Below, one piece after another: positions 33,177 through 44,729 of a stretch of 64,000 nt of DNA; the first letter of the stretch is position 1, and each line of letters starts with the position of its first letter. Both the position numbers and the translations under genes were made by a program. Where the stretch lies: positions 248,001 through 312,000 of the forward strand of contig JAYWIR010000011.1 in NCBI GenBank assembly GCA_036172245.1, written 5' to 3'. The notes under the pieces were generated by a model. That model saw only the letters and a program-made list of their open reading frames with translations, did no database searches and was not told the origin of the DNA. The stretch is from Raillietiella orientalis. Lineage: Eukaryota.

Positions 33177-35500
33177 TTAACTCTGGGGATTTTTAATGAC
33201 GTGTCTCAAGTATTCCAGCGCCGTGATCGCCGCGACTCTTTCCGCCTCCTTGTGGGTCTTGGCAGCTCCGCAACACACACACGCTGGAGACGTGGTCAGA
33301 TACAAAAGGCACTGAATTGCACCTGAAAAAGAGGGCACTGGGGAGTCTCGAAAGCGGCTCGAGATTCGCTCGCGACGCGCGCGCCAGCCTCCGAAGCTGA
33401 AATTCCGGGAGACGACCAACTTCCAGCAGCGGACACGCATACGCGAGGTGCCATACAGTCAGCTCTTCTCCCCACCTCCCTTTGCCCCCCTTTCGAATGG
33501 ACGTGCCCGTCCCTCACTTCAAGGAGGGTGGCGGCGACCACCTACCCTTGCTGAATCGAGCTGATCTGGTCACCGCGCTCCCGACAAGCAAAGTGAAATG
33601 CACCACTTCCCTCCCCCCCTCGACCCCCCCCAAACGAATGCCGCGCACGGCGGCCGGTCAAGCTGCAAGAGGGGACCGCGGGGGTAGAGATCGTGTCGGA
33701 TGACGCTGAGAACAAGGCGTGGATGGATCACACGCTTGCATCTCGACAGGAGCGGATAAGAGCCACCCGCAAAAGAGAAAATCTTCGAAGGGTGCCATCG
33801 CTTCGGCCACTCCCGGCGACCATCTCACCTTTTTGTTCCTGCAGTTCGAGAAAGAACGGAACAAACGAAATGACAACGACGACGAAAATCACACAAAACT
33901 CCAAAATGGCCTCCACATTTTCCAGTTTGCGAGAGCATGCGTGTTCTTTTACACACTCTCGAACATGTTTTCTGAGAGGTCAAGATATGACCAAGATCAC
34001 AGGGGCATCCCAGTTGCATCATTCGTCGCATAAATGTGCCCCGAGATGGGAAATGCCGCTTGCCTCTATTTGCATAGCAACGCATGCTCCTGAATAAAAT
34101 GTACGCGTCGACGAAATGTATGTGTGACCATCTTCGTGACGACCTGCACTGGAAACCGCTGGGTTCGATTCCACGTTGCCCGGATAAAGACCTTCAAATG
34201 CAGGTTGCTGAGGACGCGAACGAGTGAGCACGGAGCATTTTCAGGATCCATTACACGTTTCGCGAGATACGGCAGCATCCTGTTTCCCGGGAGCTTTCAA
34301 GAAGGAGCCTCGAACTGCTTCGAGATGATTCCTCCTGCAAGAGACGCTCTTCGGAATTCCTCGGTCGCCGCTGATCTTGCGAACCGCCCTGCGCGCGATC
34401 GGAGGCGTGACGTCATCGCTGCTCCTTGCAATCGCGAAATTCCCCTATTCCACCTACAGTGACGACGAACGGAATCACGGACCAGAAGATCAACCACACC
34501 GGAAACCCTGGAACCGCATCACGTTTCAATGCCTGCTTTGGATCAACACGATGGGAGGCATCGTACTCGTGTTCGGGAAACCCAAACACCAATTTTTTTC
34601 TTCTTCTTCTTCATTCCCTTTTCTTTCCTTCCCCTTTCACGGGCTGCCAACCCTTCAGACTTGAAATGCCGTTTTTTGACGCAAACACTCAAAAGCCTCG
34701 CACCGGACGACGTGAAAGCCATAAACACAAAGAACGAAGTTTTGTACTATCACAATCCGTCCACGATCGAAGTTTCGCATCGCTCACAGCATCGAATGCC
34801 ATGCAACACTGACGAATTGATTTCACTGATGCCCCCTTTGCTTGGGAACGGAATGGGGCTGGGAATCCACATCCCAGGGACGCTGGAAGCGCGCAGAAGA
34901 ATACAAGGAACAAATGTCCCTTCTCGAATGACGGCACTTGGCAACGGAGTCCCGGAAACACTCCCTCGTTTTGGATTTTTGCTAAGGAGAATGGGAGAGC
35001 TTACATCTCTCTTTAGGAAGAATAGCAACCGAGACTCCAACAGACCCCTTCAGCACCGGGGAAGGAGTCCCTTACGAGACGCAAGGAATATTTCAAACGA
35101 ACCCACGGATCTTTGATCGCAAAGTGAATTTGCACTTTCTGTGATTCGACGGGCTTAATGATTTTCAGGATGCCGCACGCGAGCAACGAACCCACGAAAA
35201 TTTCACGAAGTATTGGGAATGGGGACACATTTACTAAACGCATCAGGACACCGGAACGATATGCCCATATGCCCGTATCTATACTTCTCCCCCAAAAGGG
35301 CATAAAAAATTAAAATAACTTTCGTTCGTCGATGCAAGTACACAAACAAAGGAGATCGTGAGAAAACACACCTATATGTTTGGTTTTATCTATTTTCTCG
35401 TAGCGTACTTTGAGATTATGTTCCTGAGCGAATTTTGTTAAAAAGTCAACTGGTGACAAAGCTGGATGATTCCGCTCTGAAGAATTCTGAAAGAAAAAAA

Positions 35501-35531
<31 letters not shown>

Positions 35532-38500
35532 AAACATTGACATCAAATGCACACACACGATTGGCTGAATAAAAAACAAATCTTACAATAAATAAAGCAT
35601 GCCTAAACGATCAGCTTATGCTGTAAATATCCAGTTTGTTTGGGGTGAGTTTGTATACACGACAACGGCATGGGGGCCAAGCTTACGAGTAGTAAATATA
35701 AAGTAAACAAAAAATGTACACACATCAGCTGAGCTGCCCCGCTACATAATGATAAGTGGCTTAGGCTTCAAAGAACGGACCATCTACCGATTTGAATTTT
35801 AAACAACAAGAAACTACCACGTGATATGCACGCATGCTCAAAATAATGAAGATATAATAATCGGAGAACTTGAGAACACTGTTATAGGTATCGCAATAGG
35901 GCGCAAATGGATTCCGTGCATTACAACATTCACACTGTAACAAGAATAAGGAAACGGAAAGAAAAAAATTTGTTTGCAGATGCAATCCGCAAACAAATAG
36001 ATAATTACGTTTAATTTGAAGTCACTGCGAAAATTACGAAATTCACTTATAACGCTGCTCATGGCGTGAGCGCCCAAATCTGTGTTGGAAGGATCGTAAG
36101 TGATCGCCATCTGCGTAAGATAAACATAGGAAATTAAATGAATATAAGGAATTTCAAGGTATACAGAATCAAATCGTCAAACAAATAGAACGAACAGGTA
36201 GCAAGATAAGTTTCCTTCTTTCTAACAAGAGTAGTGAAAAAACAAAAACGATGCGAGGAATGAGTCTGACAGAAGATGAATTAGAGGAGGTCATGGCGGC
36301 ATTTCTAATATTTTTCCCGTTCCTTTCTGAATTTTGGAAAACCTACAGAGATTAACTGTTTAAATTATGTGCATAATCAAATTCTGTCCGTTGAAAAGGT
36401 GCAGTCTATGTGCACCCTGCAATGCAGTTTTGTCAAGGCTGGAATTGAAACTGATGCTGCTGCTGCTGCTGCAAAAAAAAAAAAAAAAAATGGAGTTGGA
36501 AGTTCCGCCTCATAGAGCTGATAGTGTTCAAGTAGCGTAGGAAGTGTTCAGCACGAAACACTTGCAGGAACCCAGCAATCATCAGCAGCCAATTTTTTTC
36601 TTAACCACGTAGGCGTACGGAGCGATTTCCTTAGTCCTTCGCGAAGGTGCCTTTGCTCCAAGAATTTAAAAGCAAACTCAGTAAATACGTAACTTTCACA
36701 CAACGAACGCCGACATTTATGGTAATCGACGCCTGTTTTTATCTCCTCGAAAAATGCACAAGCAATTTCAAAACAAACTCACTTGTGGTAATTTCTCCTT
36801 TGCGTCCTCGAACACACTCACACTGTCCACGAATTCATCCAACGCCTCCAACCCCTCTCTCGACAAAAGGGGGAAGGTGGACGTCTGCACCTTATTCGAA
36901 CTATTCAGCTGAAATGGAAATGAAGAATTTACTCCCACGGGCGAGAGGCGGTTCGGATCCACAAAACCCCAACCTTCAAAAATCGCGCGACCCGAGAGTT
37001 TCACCCCGTGCCATCGGCGACCTCAGTTTTCTTGCAGGGGAACTCTCGGGGAATGGGATTCGGGTTCTCTTCCTGCTTTATTCGAATACTTCACGAATTA
37101 CTTTAGGAGATGCTTCCCGCCGCACCATGGATACGTTTCCGCCTTGGAAATTTCTATATGGGGACTTTGATGGGGAATTTGCAAGCCCAACGATTATTGC
37201 AACAACAACAACACACAAAAAAAAAAATACAAGAAAGGCCTCATTTAGGTTTATTTATTTTATTTTCCATGAATTTCATTTTGCATCTGAATGTATGCGA
37301 TTCGCTAATGCCCCGTCCCTCAATGAATCAAAGCGACAACGAAAACAAATGCAATGGGATTTCAAGACTCAAAACTGCATACACATTCATAGCAATAACT
37401 ACAGTAAGCATAGCAAGCTGCATCAGCTTGCTATGCTCATTACATCAATTAATCAAGTTAAAAACTCCGAGGATTACATGTTTAAAACTAAACAGATCAA
37501 AATGGAAACTGGATGAAAACATAATGAAAGTAGGAAAGGCAGTAAATTAAATAGAAACATTTACGGCACAAAAAATCCGAATGAATTACGAAACATTTCT
37601 GGAATTCAAAAAATCAGATGACATCAAAACTATAATTTCTCTGCATGGAGCAAACATACTGTGACCAAATTCGTTACTTTACTTGTTCAATGAGTTTTGG
37701 ACTGAAAATTTAATCTCAAATTACATTTTATATGGAAGCATGCACCTCGCTTATTTATGCTCATAATCATCATACTTTCTAGAATAAACCAGGCAACTAC
37801 TATGGATACATTGCTTAGTCAAACTACTGTTGCCCAGAGTACTTTTCTGAAATCCATGTACAGTCTGTTAGGCAAAAAGCAATGAGATTAGATATCAGTC
37901 ACTTCATTTTACTCTACAAGCCACTATTTACTAATACTGACAAACTGATTAATTCTTTTACAACTGAAGACATCCTCGTTAGCATGCAACCAAATTCATT
38001 GGGGTAGGAGAAAAAACTTTCAGAATTCGCTATCCAGGAAAATAAATCGTGAACCTTTGATTCATTTGTTCGTTCACCAAATCACTCCTTGCATTCCACT
38101 CATGGCAAATGCTTTGAATTCAAGATTTATGCTCAGTTATCAACATTTATGCTGTTCATGCTGAGAAAGAAATAAAACAACAAAAGTAGTTCATATATGA
38201 ATTAAACATGGCGGTTAAACATAAACTTTAAAAAGAGAAAAAAAATGTATAAATATTTACCAGTGTCACTGATTTAGGGTGTCTATTTCCAGCAGTGGGG
38301 TTGTTTACGAGTCTTTCATGCATTTTATGCGCAGACAAACGTTTTGCAGTCTTCTTAGAGTTTCCAAATGCTTCCTCATGAATATCACCCACAAAACACG
38401 TTGCTACAAAGACTTTTTGATCATCATTGTACTGTAAAGACACTTCGTATGCTGGATGAGGCAATCTCTGTGCTGTGCAAAATTCTTGAAGGGTTCCTAC

Positions 38501-41500
38501 AGGATTTCCGGGAACAGTAGCATCATAAGGTGATGCAATATCATTACTGTGAATATATGTTTTATTACACTAGAAAAGTTTGCAATCCTCCATTCTACGT
38601 ACATTTTATTCATTTCTTCGATCATTGTTTGTAATGGTGTCTTGGGTAAGTTTTTAACAAACTTGTCCAATAAGCATTTTGCAGCAGCTTGCTTAGCCTG
38701 CTTCTTGCTTTGGCCACAACCACATTCTGCATAAAAAGACAATGCATATCATCAAAACATAAATGTACACTGACTTTGTGAATCATGTTTATAATTCTAA
38801 CGGGTGCTCGAATTTAAGTATTATGCATGGTATACTACAATATTTAAGTGTTAATATTTTTGAGAGACCACATTTTTGAATTTGATGGCTTATAAATACT
38901 TCTGAAAACTATAGATTAAGATTGATAAAGTGCATGCTACAAGGAAATGTCGATATGTTTACTTAAATGTAAAAATTCACAGCAATTTGTTTTAATCATT
39001 TAATATGTAATGACAGACTTTCATGATTATGTCACATTTGTTATCAGATCCGTATTTAAAAGGTTGCAAATAAAATAATTTTAAAAGAAAGTGCAACTGC
39101 AGGGTATTTTCCTTTTACAAACTGTGGACAAGGTGTGAAAAGTGCCAAAGCACCCTAGTTTTTATTCAAATATGTATTTTTAGATCTAAGAGCTTTAATA
39201 ACAATTGTTCTGCTTATTTTTTGATGTTGCTATTGCTATTCACGATCACCTGAATATGTTTTCTTCTTAACTTCTTTTTAAAATGAATGCATTCTGCATT
39301 ATGAGAATAACTTTCCTTCACAAAAACTAAACTGCTCAGGTAGATCACTGTCAATTTTGCAATCGTTACTTTGATGTTTACACTACCATTTGTTATAGCT
39401 TGTTTGTAATCTCTTGGGATCACTCGAATGGCACTTGTCATCAATCAAAATCTTCGAAAAACATGTATGCCAGCTTTCTGAAATGCTCATTTTCTAATCA
39501 GTATATCAATCATCTTGTTACTGGTGTGTGGAATTGTAGATTCCCCCAAAAAACCGTATTGGAATCTTTTAACACGGATTTTCTTTCCTGAATGCACACC
39601 ACTATTACTTTTACAAAATAATTTTGATGTGCATGACTGTTGCTAAGATATGTTTGTTTTTTGCTAGTTCGCATGTTTTATATCTGATAATCTATTTTTA
39701 ACAACTTTAAGCCTTGCATAGTTTATTATTTTTAATGTATGCAAATCACTTGCTTTTACAAATCCCAAGATTGCTTTTTTCATGTTTATGCATTTCATAC
39801 ATTACTTATAAGGTATCAATAAGCTTCACAGTTTAAGATACTGAAGGGAGAAAAAGGCTTGTGTTAGAAACTATTTTGTTTTGTATCTAATCTAAGTACT
39901 TTATGATTCGACAACACTTGGACATTGCACGCTCTAACTAGTTTTCAGCAAACACTACACCGTACTTGCTAGTGGCATACAATTTTTGCAGCAACAGTTA
40001 TTTCAACCCTAACCACTGCAATATTCTGTTTGTTGCTTCATACATATGGGTATTATCCTCTATTGTTGTTTCAAATGCAAACAAGTTTCTTCTTTGTATG
40101 GTAACATATAGTTTTTAATTCCTCATTTAGCACTTCCTGCATTTAAATTAAAAATATGTAATAGTATTTTTCTATCCTTCCTTTAGATTATGTGAAATAC
40201 CAGTTTTTCTAATGATCTCCTCTATATACTTGCTTTTCCTACATTTATTTTCTTCAAATAGTTCAACATTTTATTATAATATATACCTTCATTATTCAGA
40301 AATCGATAAACTGTTCCAGACATAAATTGTCCCAATTCATTTCATTCTTAGATTATTGCTCCAACATAAGAAGTATCCCTTCAGCCATATGAAGTACTGA
40401 AATGAAGTCCCAACATGAAGAATACAGTACACTAATGAACTTAAAGGATGCTTTGCATTACACATACATACACATATATGTACAATTTTGACTATTTTTA
40501 ATTTTAAAGTTTGTTGAATTACATACCTACATTGTCGGATTATATTATTTTTCAACTTTACTCAATTTTTTCAAATTCACTTTTAAAAACTTCGAATAAT
40601 ATTAATTCGGCAATACTAAATTTATATCACTTCTCTAATAATCAAGAGATTCTGAAGTTTTCAGGTTTTCACATAAAAAATTTCTATTGAAAACTTTTTT
40701 TTCCATTTCCATGATTTTGTTTCTCTTGGCATCCCTTTAAGCAAGGGTCAAGGATTCACAATGCAATCCAGTCGAAACTTGATTGAATTAAATAGCATAC
40801 AAATATTTGAATAGTTGAGTAGCATACCAAGTATCAAAATAAGCATTACAACTTGGGAGCTTCAAACACTTCCAATGATAAATGATGAGATCAAAAATAC
40901 TGAACAATGTCACAGCAAACTTTCAAAACACACTGTGTAAGAATACGAACAGATTATGAATTACAATTCGAAAAAATATGACAGTTCTTTTTTGAACAAT
41001 AAAATTTCCTCATTGATGTAACACACATTGATTTTACTGCAATTTTTTGGAATTCTTCATCTGTCATCTGGTATTTTGTGTATACATCAGCTTAAAAATA
41101 AGCCTGAACATAGCGTTTCAATTTTTAAGGCCCTTGAAAATGATATTTAGATTGGCATGATTATGATATATAGGATTGAAAATTTGTAACTGTTACATGG
41201 AAACATGCATTTCAATTTGTCAACACAACGACTCAGAACAGAACAGTGTATGCTGCTTGATTTTCCAGTCTTAAGAGGAGACAATTTTATGAGCTTTTTA
41301 TGTGAGTGCATTAACAGTTCATGTGCCAACATTACAGCAATGCATGCAGTACAATAAAACAAATAAGCTTGACAATTTTTTCTTGTGTCTAGCAAGTACA
41401 AATGTTAGTACAAATATCAACTGGTTATTGATGTCTTCTGGCATCAATATCAACCTCTACTTCTAACTTCAATGTGAATTCTCATTCCTGAAAGCTTCAA

Positions 41501-44500
41501 GGTACAGCAGCAAATTTGTCAATTGAGAAAGTGAAAAAACGTCCACAGTTTAAATATTCACCTTATTTCTTAGCAATCATTATCCTAAACTAAAAATGTC
41601 TGAGGCTTTTTTACATGAGGAATCTTTTTTTCGGTAAAAAAAGTGCAGTTATAAATACATCACAAATTATTTCAAACAAAATCAAAACAAACCAGAATGT
41701 AAGAATGAATCAAAATCAAATGAGTATTCACATATGGAAATGTTAATAATATCAAGAATCTGAAGGATTTACTGCAAATAGCTTCATGACAGAATTCGCA
41801 AAATCGGTTCTGGAAGCAATAAAAATCTCATGTAAAGAACAAAATTTCGGAAAATACAATTAAATTAAAGAACAGTTTCAAATTGCAAAAATCTTTCTCA
41901 GTTAGAAAGGGATTATAGAAAAGTACATAAAACGTTACTTTCAAGAAGGATTTTACTTTTCTAAAATGTAAGAGAGCAAACGGCTGCAAGACTGATCCAT
42001 AGTTTCTTAATATTTTGATTTCAAAACCTTAAATCCGACTCCTTTCAAGTGAAGCTTTCAGTCCTTTCATGTGAATTTTGAGTTTCAATAAAGTTAAGCC
42101 TTTTTTCAGAAAGCTCAAGTTGCATTTGAACCAAATGTTTTTCTGGGAATCTGCGTAAGTTGTAAATTCGAAAATGCCTTGCATGTCAAACTGCCTGGAT
42201 TTGCAATGTTCTGTGATATAAAGAAAAATGCACCATATGAATGGGGTGATTGAAACATAAGAATTTCATCATGAGATTGTAATAAACAATCTCATGATGA
42301 AAACAACAAAGCAGATGGCAGAATTTTTTATGCTTAAGAAACAATACAGTAGATCCTCATGTATCAACACACACAGGAATTCAAAATCATTAGAGCAATC
42401 GAAAATTTGAAAACCAAAACATAAATATTTGATGGTTAGGTAATAAAAGAAACATTTGACAATTGTGTAAAAATACTGCTATACGTACATACTTTTACAA
42501 ATATGATAATCCTTAATTCAAGTTTGTTAAAGTGATGATTTCCTTCTGTCTCATCATGTCTCCAGTGTTTCTGAGATATGCATATTTTTTGTATTTGCTG
42601 CTGTAGACATTTGACAGCGATTGTCTGGGAAAGTGAAAAGTACACTGTATTTATCATTGATCTTTTTCTTCATTTTCTGTTTTATTATAAGTTTCCTTGT
42701 CTATAGCTTTCAAGACCCTTTCTTAAATAAACAGCCATTTGGGTAACACAGTTCAAACATTTGCTAATGTGGATCAAATGACAAATCAAGACATCCACGA
42801 GTCTCCTGCAACAACCTTTTACTATTATTGGTCCTTCTTTCCAATGTTTCAAATTCCATTCCTTTTTTAAGATTTTGAAAAGGCTTTCAAGATCCAACAC
42901 AGTACACATCATTGAACCTGCAATTCTGAGAACACAGTCTGCTTGGAAACTTATTCTAGATTCACCTTAGAAACTTTGTTAATAATAATACAAAAGTATA
43001 CTGAAACAAGGAAGAACTTTTTGTTTCTCAAACTCATCCCTAACTGGTGTCAAGGGGTTCTTAAGCTTTTAGTTTTGTGGTAGATAGATTCTATAATTGA
43101 GAATAAATAAGACAAATCATACAACGAAGCATGTACCAAATACAGTCTAATCACAACAATGGCATTCTACTGGACACAAATATCACATGGGTGTCTATAT
43201 GCCGAAATCTCTATAGTTGCCAATGCAAATCAAAATGCATCATTGGTTGCAAATCACAGCTTAAACGAAGGAAACATGCACGGAAATGCATGTGCAATGC
43301 ACATACACACTGTTGGTTTTCTGCTAATGTAGTGTGCCACCACTTCAAAGGTACCATATGGCAGACATCCTTAATGCCATATCAAAGTATTACTCCAATT
43401 CGGCTTGGAAAAGTTGCGCATACAAAATATAATCACAATTAAATTATCTGCGGCAACAACGTGAACAAAACAACACATCTGTAAGGCCTTTTTTTTTTTT
43501 TTATCCATTTTGCAGAAATGGTTGCATGGCAATGAGACTGGCAAACTACCTTGAGAAATGAATTTTAGAACTCGACAAACTCTGAAATTCATTTCAATAT
43601 CTCTTCTAAGTAATATTTTATGTATGGGATCTCTAGAATCTCTGCACTTATAATGAGGCAATGAAAGTTTTGCTTCTGCACTTTTATGATTGAGTTCTTG
43701 CTAAAACCTATACGGAATGATATATTTTTATTATCTTTTTTATTCTTTGTCTTTCCATTGAGGCTTAACACGTTCCAAGAAATATACTTGAATCTACGCC
43801 TCATTGTGAATTACTGTAACTTCACACATACTATAGTTTCAAAACGATGTCCATATCTTTCATATGATTCCTCTGAACTATGTACAGCTTTATATAAATC
43901 TACACAATTTCTGCTCCTGCCAAATTCATTTTTGGTCATGGTTTATGGATCACTGATCACTGAAGTTGGAACTTCATGGATATGAAGTTCCAACTTCAGT
44001 GATCAAATGGATCATTCAAAAACTGGAAGTTACTCGAAGTAAAACTTCACTCAAGATAAAAATGATAGAACGCAAACTTGAATCGAAACGAAAATGTCGT
44101 CCTTCCCTGCTGATGTTTTTTTTCCTCTCTCTCTTTCTCTCTCCCATGCATAAGATTCAGGACAAACTGAACACCTATTGCCACCTGCAATCACTAAAGA
44201 TGCAGCACACGTAAAGAGTATGCAACAGATCAAGGTGGAAACTCATCTTTTTAAAAAAAGTTTTGCTCACTTCAAACCCAAACATGGACATGCAAAGTGT
44301 ATCTCAACACTTTTCAAAATTTGACACTGAAAGCAATTAACTCTTCAGGTTTAATCCAATTTGAGGCTGCTGGTGAAAGATTCGGTATGCACGGCCATAA
44401 TAAGTACGGCGAACATTCTGGAAGCAATGAAAATGAAGGAACTCTTCCATTTTTATTTTATTTTGTTTTATTTTTCATAGGAGTCTTACGCCCTGCGTAA

Positions 44501-44729
44501 ATTTTGAACATTCATTTGCAATATTTCTACTTGGCACATACATAAACCATAAACATTTAAACTTAATACGTACGTACTTACCAGTCATATTGCCTACGGT
44601 GACATTGTATGTGAAAATTGGTTCATGCACTGCACCTTGCAAACTCACTAATTCGTACTGAGGTATAATGTGCCTCCTGATGCAGACTTCTTGAAGCAGG
44701 GACATGGGCGTTTTCTTGAAATTCGGCAT
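33177..44729 (-). CDS. loqs: Three-dsRBD Dicer partner of the Loquacious/TRBP(TARBP2)/PACT family, about 306-330 aa
   Basis: complement(join(44729..44582,38726..38603,38546..38261,[36342..36271 optional],36110..36009,35486..35372,33322..33177)), GT-AG and phase-consistent. dsRBD1: KTPMSLLQE..PQYEL...GAVHEPIF...GQSKKQAKQAAA. dsRBD2: NPVGTLQEFC...P.YE...GNSKKTAKRLSAHKM. dsRBD3: QCLLYLTTSPACVCCG...AAITALEYLR, similar to Loqs QCLVQLSTLPVGVCHG...AAQNALEYLK. The symbol is a family-level best guess. Confidence 0.9.
35500..35531. repeat. (AT)n microsatellite with one interruption, intronic, next to a splice acceptor
   Basis: Read directly: an AT dinucleotide run interrupted once by ac. Confidence 0.8.
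42264..42302. repeat. Perfect inverted repeat, 17-bp stem with 5-nt loop
   Basis: tttcatcatgagattgt-aataa-acaatctcatgatgaaa; the arms are exact reverse complements. Confidence 0.9.
43954..44005. repeat. Perfect inverted repeat, 24-bp stem with 4-nt loop
   Basis: tgatcactgaagttggaacttcat-ggat-atgaagttccaacttcagtgatca; the arms are exact reverse complements. It is flanked by the direct repeat atggatca at 43945 and 44007. Confidence 0.95.
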
